DNA from: Mobula hypostoma
Taxonomy: Eukaryota
Length of the DNA: 64,000 nucleotides
Direction of reading: 5' to 3'
Assembly: GCF_963921235.1 (NCBI RefSeq)
Contig: NC_086097.1
Coordinates: 91,266,001-91,330,000 of the forward strand
In this document: in pieces, positions 24,566 to 36,564 of the stretch
Position numbering within the stretch: the stretch's first letter is position 1
How the letters are laid out: every line of letters begins with the position of its first letter
Position numbers and translations under genes: made by a program
Notes under the pieces: model-generated
Databases searched by the model: none
What the model was told of the DNA's origin: nothing
Seen by the model: the letters and a program-made list of their open reading frames with translations, nothing else

Positions 24566-25196
24566 AGTCGAATATCTTCACTTACTGGTTCATCCACATA
24601 CTGATCTAGAAAACCACCACCTTCCCTATTCCATAAATCCGACCTCCATACCATTACCATTCACTTAGTTTGCTCAGTCCATATATAGATTGTAGTCACC
24701 TATAGTTAGAATTCAATTTCTTCATTGATACTTTGTTCTGCATTACCACAACTGTTTGGGGGTCTACATACAACAACCGTTAATTTTCTTTTCCATCTAC
24801 ACCCAAACTTAACTAATACCCTTCTTCAATACTATCTTTCTCCCATTCATTAATCTGAGAGCTGCCCCAACTACTCTCTCTTTTATTTCATTTGGAGGTA
24901 ATGTAAAATATGCCACGGTCATGTTCCAACTCTCTCTCTGTTATGGCTATTAGATTGCACCCACTTACTCAGGCCATCAGTCCACCCAACTTGTTGCATG
25001 CATTCAGGAAAAGAGCGCTAGTTTTGCTGTTCTTTTACCTGCTCTCATTCCACTTCAAGATGTACTGCAATGTCCCTGTGGACTGACTCTGGCCATTTTG
25101 CTGCTCTATACCAATCAGAATTTAGTGATTTTTTTTCCTCTTTAAATCACTAAATCACAATATTGTGCAAAAGTCTTAGGCCCACATATATAGCCC

Positions 25197-25498
25197 ACCC
25201 TAAGGTAGAAGGAGATGAGTTATACAGCTCTCGTTACATGCACGTGCAGTTCAGCTCTTTGAGTGATTATGTTTGAAGTTTGAAGTTTCTTCTCATCTTC
25301 TTCTACCTTAGGCCATGAACTTATCAATCATCTGTGGACCACTTTCTGGAGGTCCAAGATGCCAACTTCTGCAAAGAAGGGATCCGTATGCTCCACGACC
25401 GCTGGACTAAGTGTGTAAATGTAGGAAAAATAAATGTGCTAGGATTTCTAAAACTGACTCCTTCTACCTTAGGCCACGAGCTTATCAATCACCCCTCG
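25197..25498. mobile_element. Partial copy of the mariner MITE
   Basis: Same right arm as 21250-21510, ending ATCACCCCTCG followed by TA. Confidence 0.85.
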
Positions 25499-25500
25499 TA

Positions 25501-26700
25501 TATATAGCACTGGAGCTGTGCCTAGCCACACATCATAAGTGTAAAGTGAGTAGAGCAGGGGGCTAAGCACACAGCCCTGTGGTGCATCTGTGCTGATAGA
25601 GATTGTGGAGGAGATGTTGTTGCCAATCTGTATTAACTCCAATCTGCAAATGAGGAAATTGTGGATCCAATTGCACAAGAAGGTATTGAAGCAAAGGTCT
25701 TGAAACCTCATGATTGGTTTGAGGGTATGATAGTAGTGAACATCGAGCTGTTGTCCTAAATTAGAATCCTGAATTATGCACCTTTACTGTCAAGATGCTC
25801 CAGTGATGAGGAAGAGCCAATGAACTTGCATCTGCTATAGACCTGTTGTGCCAGTAGGTAAATTGGAGTGGATCAAGTAAGTCACTTCTCAGGCAGGAGT
25901 TGATATGTTTCATCACCAATCTCTCAAAGCACTTACACTTTGGATGTAAGTGCTACAGGATGACAGTCTGAGACAGGTTACCGGTTTCTTCTTTTTAGAT
26001 TATGAGAACACTCAGTCCTGTTTTATTGTCATTTAGAAATGCATACATGCTTTAAGAAATGAGACAATGTTTCTCTGGAGTGATATCACAGAAAACAGGA
26101 CAAACCAAAGATTAACACTGACAGAACCACATCATTATAACATATAGTTACAGCAGTGCAAAGCAATACCATAGTTTGATGAAGAACAAACCATGGGCAC
26201 GGTAAATAAAGTCTCAAAAGTCCCCAGTCGATCGACTCTCGAGTCCCCGATAACGGCGGCAAAAGGGAGAAACTCCCTGCCATAAACCTCCAGGCACTGT
26301 CAACTTGCCGCTGCCTTGGAAGCAGTCGACCACAGCCGACACTGAGTCCATCCGTCCGAAAACTTCGAGCTTCCGACCAGCCTCTCCGATACAGCCTCCT
26401 GAGCGCAGTTCTCTGCTGAGCGCCTTTGACTTCGCCCTGGCCGCTGAAACTCAGAAAGATGAGGATTTCGGGGCCTTCTGCTCCAGGGATTCCAGTTACC
26501 ACACAGTAGCAGCGGCAGCAACGCGGGCATTTCAGAAGTTTTCCAGATGTTCCTCCGTACTCTCATGTCTGTCTCTATCAAATCAGAATTGTGCATGGTC
26601 CCCTACTTAGGCACTGGTATAATTGAAGCCTACTTAAAGCAGGTGGGTACCTAAGACAGCTGAAGTGAGAGGTTAATGATCTCAGTGAACACTCCAATCA
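25501..26700 (-). mobile_element. Rex1/Babar-type LINE RT fragment, interrupted at 25995-26606
   Basis: ORF 25469-25711 has LCNWIHNFL..APQGCVLSPLLYSLYTYD. Confidence 0.8.
25995..26606 (-). mobile_element. Non-autonomous ~690-bp family copy
   Basis: Reverse-complement homology to 16706-17227. Confidence 0.88.
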
Positions 26701-29700
26701 GTGAACACTCCATTCCATTTGCCATTTCTTTGTCCATTCTCCTAGTCTGTCTAAGTCCTTCTGTAGCCTCTTTACTTCCTCAAAACTACCTGCTCCTCCA
26801 GCTATCTTCATATCATCTGCAAACCTTGCAGCAAAGCGATCAATTCCATCATCCAAATCATTGACATATAATATAAATAGAATCAGTCTCAACACAGACC
26901 CCTGGGGAACACCACCAGTCACTGGCAGCCAGTTAGAGAAGGCTCCCTTTATTCCCACACTGCCTTCTGTCAATCAACCTCTGCTTATCCATGCTAGAAT
27001 CTTTCCTGTAATACCATGATGAGCTCATAGCTTGTTAAGCAGCCTCATGTGTAGCACCTTGTCAAAGGCCTTCTGAAAATCCAAGTACACAACATCAACC
27101 AATTCTCCTTTGTCTATCCTGCTTGTTCAAAGAATTCCAACAGATTTGCCAGGCAAGATTTTCTCTTGAGGAAGCCATGCTGACTATGAACTATTTTATC
27201 ATGTGCCTCCAAGTACACTGAGACTTCATTGATAATAATCGACTTCAACACCTTCCCAAGCACCAAGGTCAGACTAACTATTCTATAGTTTCCATTCTTC
27301 TGCCTTTCTCCCTTCTTGAAGAGTGGAGTGATATTTGCAATTTTCCAGTCCTCCAGAACTATTCCAGATCTCGTGATTCTTGAAAGATCATTACTAATGC
27401 CTCCACAATCTCTTCAGCCACCTCTTTCAGAACCCTGGGGAGTACACCATCTGGTCCAGGTGACTTATCTACCTTCATATCTTTCAGTTTCCCAAGAACC
27501 TTCTCTCTAGTAATGGTAGCTTCACACATTTCATGCCCCCTGACATCTGGAACTTCCACCATACTGCTAGTGTCTTCCACAGTGAAGACTGAAGCAAAAT
27601 ACTTATTCAGTTCGCCCACCATTTCATTGTCCCCCATTACTCCCTCTCTAGCATCATTTTCCAGTGGTCCAATGTCCACTCTTGCCTCTCTTTTACAATA
27701 CATGTATCTGAAGAAACTTTTGGTATACTCTTAATATTATTGGCTAGTTTACTTTCGTATTCCATCTTTACCTTCTTAATGACTTTTTAGTTGCCTTCTG
27801 TTGGTTTTTAAAAGCTTCCTAATCCTCTAAATTTCCACTAACCTTTGCTCTATTATATTCCCCCTCTTTGGCTTTTATGTTGGCTTTGATCTCTCTTGGG
27901 GCGGAATGGAGGGGAGGAGAAGATGGCAGCGTGACGCAGCGAGCACGGCCATTCCAAATGATATCGTATGTGTTAATTAGGATGCCGTGCACAATCCTGA
28001 TTTGATGGAGACAGCCGTGAGAAGCACAGAGGAACACCTGGAGAAACTTCTGAAATGCCTGCTTTGCTGCCGCTGCTACTGCGCAATCGAGAATCTCCAG
28101 AGGGGAAGGCCCCAAATCCTCGGCTTTGCCTATTGCCTGTTGCTGGGGCCCCGGGGTCAAAGCGCTCAGCGGAGATGGTGCTCGGTGCTCGGTGTCAGAG
28201 GGCTGGTTGGAGGCTCGGAGTTTTCGGACGGACTCAAGAGTCAGCTGTGGTCGGGGTGCTTCCAGAGTGCTGCATCGGTAAGTTTGCGACGCTGGAAGGT
28301 CATGGCAGGAAGAGCTGTTTTTTTTAATTCCTTCCACCATCTGCATGATTTGATGGGACTTTCGAGAGACTTTGAGACTTTTTACCATGCCCATAGTTTG
28401 TTCTTCATCAAATTACGGTATTGCTTTGCATTGTTGTAACTATGTTACAATTATGTGGTTTTTGTCAGTTTTTCAGTCAGTTTGTCTTGTGTTTCTGCGC
28501 TATCATTCTGGAGAAACATTGTATCATTTCTTAATGCATGCATTACTAAATGACAATAAAAGAGGACTGTGTGTCCTCATAATCTAATCTTGCTAGCCAG
28601 GGTTGTGTCATCTTTCCTTCAGAATACTTCTTCCTCTTTAAATTGTATATATCCTGTGCGTCCTGAATTGTTTCCAGAAATTCCAGCCACTGCTGCTCGG
28701 CCGTCATCCCTGCCATTGTTCTATTCCAATCAATTCTCTCCACTCCTCTCTTACGCTGCTGTAATTCCCTTTACTCAACTGTAATACTGATAGACCTGAC
28801 TTTAGCTTCTCCTCAAATTTCACGGTGAATTTGATCATATTATGATCACTTTCCCTGAGGATTCTTCTACCTTAAGCTCTCTGATGAATTCTGGTTCACT
28901 GCACAACAACTAATCCAGAATAGCTAATCTTCTAGTGGGCTCAACCATGAACTGCTCTAAAAAGCCATCTCGCAGACACTCTAGAAATTCCCCCTCCTGT
29001 AATCCAGCACAACCTGATTTCCCAATGTACCTGCATGTTGAAGTCTCCTATGACTATTGTAACATTGCCCTTTTTGCATGTATTTTCTATCTCCTGTTGT
29101 AATTTCTAGGCTATCTCTTTACTACTGTTTGGGGGTCTGTACACAACTCCCATCAGGGTGTTTTTATCCTTGCAGTTCCTTAGCTCTAACCACAATGATT
29201 CAATACTTTCTGACCTTATGTCACCTCTTTCTAACAGTTTGATTTCATTTTTTACCAACAGAGCAATACACCCCTTCTGCCTTCCTGCATCTGCTTTTGA
29301 TACAACGTTTATCTGCGGACAGCTATAATCTTGCAGCCATGGTTCCATGATGCCTACAACATCATACCTTCCAACCTGTGCTTCAAGTCCACCTACCTTA
29401 TTCCGAGTACTGCGCGCATTCAGATAAAACACCTTTAGTCCTGTATTCAACCTTTTCAGTCTTGTCGCACCATGCTCAACCTTTTGTTTCCTGACTTTGT
29501 CTGAGGTTTTACCAACATCTGCCTCCACAGTCACTCCATTAACTGTTCGGGCACTCTGGTTCCCATCCCCTTGCAACTCTAGTTTAAAACCCACCTTGCA
29601 GCATTAGCAAACCTTCCCACTAGGATATTAGTCCCTCTCCTGTTCGGGTGCAAACTGTCCCTTCCGTACACATCCCACTTTCCCTAGAAGAGAGCCCAAT

Positions 29701-30214
29701 GATCCAAACATCTTATGCCTCCTTCCTACACCTACGCCTGTGTAATCTTCCTGGTTCTGGCCTCACTAGTACGTGGCACAGGTAGCAATCCTGAGATCAC
29801 AAACCTGGACCTCCTGCCCTTTAACTTGGCATCTAACACACTGAAGTCTCTATGCAGAGCCTTGTCACTCATCCTAGCCATGTCATAGGTACCAACATTA
29901 CCACTACTTCTGGCTGTTCACCCTCCTGCTTAAGAATGCTGAGGACTCAATCCAAGGTATCCCGGACCCAGTACCCGAAAGGCAACGTACCATCTGGGAA
30001 TCTCGTTCTCGTCCTCAGAGCCTACTGCCTGTTCCCCTGACTAAAGAATCCCCTATCACCACAGCTTGCCGCTTCTTCCCTCTTGCTGTCTCAGTCGCAG
30101 AGGCCCGACCAATGTGAATTTCCTCTTTCAAGTCATTCCATCTATTCCCCCCCACCCGCCACTAGACAGTATCCAAAGGGGCATACCTGTTGTTGAGGGG
30201 GATGGCCACAGGGA
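26700..30214 (-). mobile_element. CR1 LINE (ORF1 part, endonuclease, RT), degenerate
   Basis: VFYLNARS..GVVYRPPNS (endonuclease), KSPGPDG, VPQGSVL..FADD. Confidence 0.92.
27899..28587 (+). mobile_element. Non-autonomous ~690-bp family, full-length copy inserted in CR1
   Basis: 5' GGAGGAGAAGATGGCAGCG, 3' (AATCT)n tail, TCTTG at both flanks. Confidence 0.88.
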
Positions 30215-30570
30215 AGGGGAGGGAAGAGAGAAACGTCAGATAGTGGAGAGCACCCTCTGTGACCATCCCCCTCAGCAATAAGTACTCCATTTTGAGTACT
30301 GTTGGGGGGAATGACCTACCTGGGGGAAGCAACAGCCCCTGTGCCTCTGGCACTGGGTCTAGCTGTGTGGCTCAGAAGGGTAGGGAACTGAAGAAGACGG
30401 CAGCAGCAATAGGGGACACTATAGTCGGGGGACAGATAAGTGATTCTGTAGAGGCAAAAAGGAAACACGGATGGTAGTTTGTCTCCCAGGTGCCAGGGTT
30501 CATGATGTCTCTGGAGGCATCCACAATATCCTGAAAAGGGAGGATAAGCAGCCAGAAGTTCTGGTACATA

Positions 30571-30802
30571 ATAAAGTCTGTCATGAGCCTTGTGGCCCAT
30601 CAGGCCGGTGCTTATGCCGGTTTCCGTGGCGTGAAGCCACTGAGAATACGGGACTACCACTCCCAGATAGGAGGCCAGTCCATTGTGAGGTTAACCCCCA
30701 GCATTTGCCGGTACCCATTCTCAGCTGGGTAGACTGGAGCAGTGTGTGGTTAAGTGCCTTGCTCAAAGACACAACATGCTGCCCTGGCTGGGGCCGAACC
30801 CA
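30571..30802 (-). mobile_element. CORE-type tRNA SINE, 5'-truncated
   Basis: Exact 10-bp TSD CTGGTACATA; minus strand shows B-box GGTTCGGCCC and GTGTCTTTGAGCAAGGCACTTAACC. Confidence 0.85.
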
Positions 30803-31937
30803 CTGGTACATATTGATACCAATGATATCGGCAGAAAAAGGGAAGAGGTCCTGAAAAAAGAATATAGGGAGTTAGGAAGAAAGCTGTGAAGCAGGACCTC
30901 AAGGGTAGTAATCTCAGGATTACTGCCTATGCCAATCGACAGTGAGGATAGGAATAGAATGAGGAGGCAGGTAAATGTGTGGCTGAAGAGTTGGAGCAGG
31001 GGCAGGGATGCAGATTTCTGGATAATTGGGACCTCTTCTGGGGCTGGTGAGACCAGTACAAAATGGAAGGGTTGCACTTGAATCCAAGGAGGACCAATAT
31101 TCTTGTGGGCAGATTTACTGGAACGGTTGGAATGGCATAAACTATTATGGCAGGGGGATGGGAACCAGCATGATAGAGCTGAGGATGAGCCAGCAGGTTT
31201 ACAGGTAGATGATGGGTGTAACATGAATGCAAGGAAGAACAAGCATTGGGTACAAATGCAGACCGAGCAAAGGGTTAAATTGTGCAATAGAAGCAAAATT
31301 CAAAAGGGCGAAGAAAGTAAGACTGAAGGTGCTGTATTTAAAAGCGCGTAACATTTGGAATAAGGAGGACAAATTCATGGCGCAATTAGAGATTGCTTGG
31401 TATGACTTGTGGGCATCACTGACTCGTGGTTGAAAGAAGGCCATAGTTGGGAGCATAACATCAAAGGATATACTTTGTATCGAAAGGACAAGCAGGAGGG
31501 CATAGGCGGTGGTGTGGCTCTGTTAGTAAGAGATGAAATTACATATTTAGAAGGAGTGACAAAGGGTCAGAGAATGTTGAATCTTTGTGATGGAGTTAAG
31601 AAACCCCAAAGGGAAAAAAAACATTATGGGAATCATGTATAAGCCTCCAAATAGTAGCCAAGATATGGGGTTGAGATTGCAAAGGGAGCTGGAAAAGGCA
31701 TGTAATAAGGGTAATGACACAATTGTAATGGAGGACTTCAATATGCAAAGGGATTGGGAAAATCAGGTTGGTGTCAGAACACAAAGAGGGAATTTGTTGA
31801 ATGCCTAAGAGATGGCTTTTTAGAGCAGCTTGTGCTTGAGCCCACTAGGGGAAAGGTTATCTTAGACTGGGTGTTGTGTAATAACCCAGATCTTATTAGA
31901 GAGTTTAATGTAAAGGAACCCTTAGGAGGCAGTGATC

Positions 31938-32396
31938 CAGAGACTTTTGGAGAAGAGGAGTTCAGTGGGTAATACCGTTCCGGCTGACCGGAAGGGCACT
32001 GAGAGCGGTAAGCGTGAAGGAGTTCGGTGCTTACTGTTCTGGCTAACAACGGATGGTGCAATCCAGGGTATATTACAATCGAGGAACGTGTTTGCTGACT
32101 GGATATTGAACTTTTTACTGTTGGACTTCGCCCACATTCCACCGTGATACAACACTTGGCGGCACAGGAGGTCGTTCCTGCCTGTGGCCATCGAACGTGC
32201 AGCTCCTCCCGTGGAGGGTCAGACACCCTGAGCCAATAGACTGGTCCTGGACTTATTTTCCATCTGGCATAGTTTGCATTTTCGTGTTTGATTGTTGGGG
32301 TTTTTTGTATTGCTATATTTACGCTCTATTCTTGGTTGGTGCGGCTGTAACAAAACCAAATTTCCCTCGGGATTAATAAAGTATATCTATCTATCT
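31938..32396 (+). mobile_element. Non-LTR element 3' fragment with (TATC)n tail inserted in CR1
   Basis: CpG-rich insert ending AATTTCCCTCGGGATTAATAAAGTATATCTATCTATCT. Confidence 0.7.
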
Positions 32397-32597
32397 GTAT
32401 GCCTCACAGAGGAATAAGTTCTCAAATGGCAAGAGTAGGCAACCGTTGCTGACAAAGTAAGTTAATGACTGCATAAAAGCCAAGGTAAGGGCATTTAAGG
32501 TAGCAAAAGTGAGTGGGTAGTTGAATAATTGGGAATCTTTTAATATCTATCAAAAGGCATTTGGAAAATCTATAAGAAGGGAAAAGATGAAATATAC

Positions 32598-32915
32598 ATA
32601 ACCATATAACAATTACAGCACGGAAACAGGCCATCTCGGCCCTTCTAATCCGTGCCGAACTCTTACCTTATCCTATTCCCACTGACCTGCATTCAGCCCA
32701 TAACCCTCCATCCCTTTCCTGTCCATATATCTATCCAATTTAACTTTAAATGACAGCATAGAACCTGCCTTAACCACTTCTGCTGAAAGCTCGTTCCACA
32801 CAGCTACGACTCTCTGAGTAAAGAAGTTCCCCCTCATGTTACTCCTAAACTTTTGTCCTCTAATTCTCAACCCATGCCCCCTTGTTTGAATCTTCCCCAC
32901 TCTCAATGGAAAAAG
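32598..32915 (-). mobile_element. CR1 3' fragment of a different subfamily
   Basis: ORF 32673-32906 has TRGHGLRI..NFFTQRVVAVWNELS; same tail as 50290-50490. Confidence 0.85.
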
Positions 32916-34846
32916 TCTAACTCAAAGGACTTAACTTGCTTAAGTCACCTAGGCCAGATGATCTATATCCCGGAGTCCTGAGAGAGGTTGCTGAAGAGAT
33001 AACGAATGCATTGGTCATGATCTTTCCAGAATCACTTGACTCTGGCATGGTCCTGGAGGACTGCAAGATTACAAATGTCACTCCATTCTTTAAGAAGAGA
33101 GGAACGCTAAAGAAAGGAAATTATAGGACAGTTAGCCTAATCTCAAGGGTTGGGAAATTGTTGGAGTCTATTATTAAGTATGAGGTTTTGGGGTACTTGG
33201 AGACTAATGATAAAATAAGTTAAAGTCAGCATGGTTTCTATGAAGAAAGATCTTACCTGATAAATCTGTTAGAGTTCTTTGAAGAAGTAACAAGCTGGGT
33301 GGACAAAGCAAAGGCAGTGGATGTCATTTTCTTGGATTTTTAGAAGGCACTTGATAAGGTGCCACATATGAGGCTCCTTAACAAGATAAAATTCTATGGC
33401 GTTACAGGAAAAATACTGACACAGATAGTGGAATGGCTGACAGGCAGGAGGCAGTGAGTGGGAATAAAGGGGGCTGTTTCTAGTTGGCTGCCGGTGACTA
33501 GTGGTATTCCTCAGGGGTCAGTATTGGGACTGCTGCTTTTCACATTGTTTATCAATAATTTAGGTAATGGAATTGATGGTTTTGTAACAAAGTTTGCAGA
33601 TGATACAAAGATAGGTGGAGGGGTAGGTAGTGCTGAGGAAGCAATGCAATTGCAGTAGGACTTGGACAAATTGGAAAAATGGGCAAAAATGTGGTAGATA
33701 GAATACAGTGTTGGGAAATGTATGATAATGCCTTTTGGTAAAAGGAAAAATAGTGCAGACTATTATCTAAATGAGGAGAAGGTTAAAACATCAGAGGTGC
33801 AGAGGGACTTAAGAGACCTCATGCAGGACTTCCAGAAGGTTAATTTACAGATTGAGTCTGTGGTAAAGAAGGCAAATGCAATGTTGCCATTTATTTCAAG
33901 GGGATTATGAAAGCAAGGAGATAATGCTGAGGCTTTTTAAGACATTAGTCAGGCTGCACTTGGAGTAATGTCAACAGTTTTGGGCCCCACATTTCAGAAA
34001 GGATGTGCTGTCATTGGAGAGAATTCAGAGGCAGTTCACAAGAATGATTCCAGGAATGAAGGGGTTAAATATGAAGAGCATTTGGTAATTTTGTACTCAC
34101 TGAAATTTAGAAGAATGCGGGGGATCTCATTGAAACCGACTGAATGTTGAAAGCACTAGTTAGGGTGGATGTGAAGAGGTTGTTTCAAATGGTGGGGGTA
34201 TCCAGAACTAGAGGGCACAGCCTCAAAATTGAGGGATGACCCTTTAGAACAGGGGTAAGGAGGAATTTTTGTAGCCAGCGAGTAGTAAATCTGTGGAATG
34301 CTCTGCCACTGACTGCGGTGGAGGCCATGTCTGTGCATATACTTAAGGTGGAAGTTGAGTATTTCCTGATTGGTCAGGGCATCAAAGTATATGGTGGGAA
34401 TGCAGGTGTATGGGGTTGAGTGGGATACAAGATTGGCCATGAAGGAATGCCGGAGCAGACTCGATGGGTTGAATGGCGTAATTCTGCTCTTATGTCTTAT
34501 GGGTACTCTGCACTGGCTCCTTAATCCCTTTCCCCTTCCTGACTCTCACCAAGTCTCCTGTATCCTGCACCTTGGGTATAACTACCTCTCTATATGCCCT
34601 ATCTATCACTCCGTCAACCTCCCGAATGATCCAGAGTTCATCCAGTTCCAGCTCCAACTCCTTTAACGCAATTTGTTAGAAGCTGCAGCTGGATGCACTT
34701 CTCGCAATTGTAGTGGTCAGGGATTTCAGAGGTCTTCGATTATGATTTAAATGAATTGGTGTGGACTGTTTCTTGTTTGTTGACAGCATCTTGCAGTATT
34801 TCAAGTGCCTGAATACATTCAGCTGATGTTGATGTGTAAAATTAGG

Positions 34847-34872
34847 CTCCCTAAATATATATATTTAGGGAG
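34847..34872. repeat. Perfect 26-bp palindrome
   Basis: CTCCCTAAATATA/TATATTTAGGGAG. Confidence 0.95.
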
Positions 34873-35463
34873 GTTAAGACTTTTGTAAAGTACTATACAT
34901 GGTGACGTATATGTACTTTGATAAGAAATTTACTTTGAACTTTGAAATATTCAATTTTATGGGACACTGGCCTCAGCCCAAGTCAGTGACGCCAATCCCA
35001 CACCAATCTTTGAGTCACAAACTGAACACCCTGACTTTATTGACCTTAAACTACAAACGTTTGTAAATCACACTTAATTCAGGTACTAATCCATAGATTA
35101 TTACCTTTGTGATTCTGCTTTCTAGTTTGGACTCAAGTTCTCCTTTGGCAAAACTTCATTCTTTATTCTATCATTGGCTTCCATTAGGATCTTGACAAGA
35201 ATTCTCAGGCAGGACTAATGAAGGAGAGGGGAACAGGAACATTCGAAGATATTTCTGGCAAAGGTGTACTTGGAAAGTAGGAGGACCTCAAAAGTGATAT
35301 TTTGAGAGTACAGAGTTTGTATGTTCTGTCAGACTAAAAGGCAAGGGAAACAGCTTCAGGAAAACTTGGTTTTTGAGAGATTCTGAGGCCCTGTTTAAGA
35401 AGAAGGAGGTATATAGCAGGACGGGAAAATGAGGTACTTGAGGAGTATAAGAAATGCAAGATA

Positions 35464-36480
35464 TGTTACTTTACGCACCCAAAGGTGCCAGCTTCCGGAA
35501 TTCCGGCACTCTAACTCTCTGGAGTATGGCTAGCTGGCGTGGCCACTTTAAGGGTTCAGAACCGTCCCGCTAATTGGCTGTCTTCTTTTGGGGTCAGGAT
35601 TTCGGTACTTAAGGAACACTTGAATGGAGGTTCAGTGTTCAATCGTAAATTCGTTTGGATTATCATTTGTTTTGTTCTAGGTTCTAGTTTCAGCCTCCAA
35701 TCGTGTCTCGATCCTAGTCTCGGATACTCTGGCGCTGGGGTCGAACTACCCTTGTCCATATCTCTTGTCACAGTACAACTGAGTTGAACATAGGTCCAGT
35801 GGGGTATCGGAGTCTCTCAGCCTCTGTGGCCAGCCATAATGAGAGGATTTCTAGACAGAACCTGGAGATACACGACGTCTAGGTCGCCATGTACCAGCTG
35901 TCTTAGGGAGGAAGCCAGAGTCGCTCGGGTGAAGCTGCGGCTTCCTCACCGTATGCTCATTAGCGTTCAATCTCCAGCTGTCCTGGCTCCCTTTGGAGCG
36001 TGGAAAAGTGGCCTTCATGATCTCCCTCCTGACTGGGAGAGCCCTCACCTAGGCCATTGTGCATTGTCAGAGACTTGCTCAGATTCGGAGGAATTCATGG
36101 CCGCCATAAGAAAGGTACTCCATCATTCCACCGGACCAAATAGAATCTCGGACAGTCTAATGAAGGTGCATCAGGGCAGTCGGTTAGTGGCCAACCACGT
36201 TACCGAGTACCGGACTTTGGCCCAAGAGTGCAACAGACTCCTCGCCTTCGGAGAGCCAGCGACGGACTTGGAGGTCTTTATCCAACAGTCCATCCGCCTT
36301 GATAATCGGGGGGAGTATAAATGGGACCACCTCAAGAAGTTGATCCTGCTGCCTCCGTGCATCGCAGTTCCACTCCTCCCCACCACCAACCGCCCCCCCC
36401 TCCAAATCTTAAACCATGACCTGCCCATCTCCTGTTCAGGACTCGGTCAAACCCATGTAGATCAGTTACACAGGCTCTTT
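35464..36480 (+). mobile_element. Sushi-type Gypsy remnant: probable LTR (35464-35772) plus PEG10/RTL-like gag fragment
   Basis: TGTTAC...TCACA; ORF 35839-36483 has SEEFMAAIRKV..LMKVHQGSRLVANHVTEYRTLA..DLEVFIQQSIRLDNR. Confidence 0.75.
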
Positions 36481-36564
36481 TGAAGATCTTTAAGCTCTCT
36501 TTAAGAAGGAAAACTTAGGTCTATAGGAGTGAGGCAACACAGCAGTGGGGTCACAGACCATATA

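Larger units (their letters stand above)
30215..34503 (+). mobile_element. CR1 LINE (ORF1 esterase-like region, ORF2 endonuclease and RT, 3' tail), degenerate with inserts
   Basis: IGDT..VVCLPGARVHDVS (ORF1); LYLKARNI, YKPPNS, EDFN, IPQGSVLG..FADD; CR1 3' tail. Confidence 0.92.
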
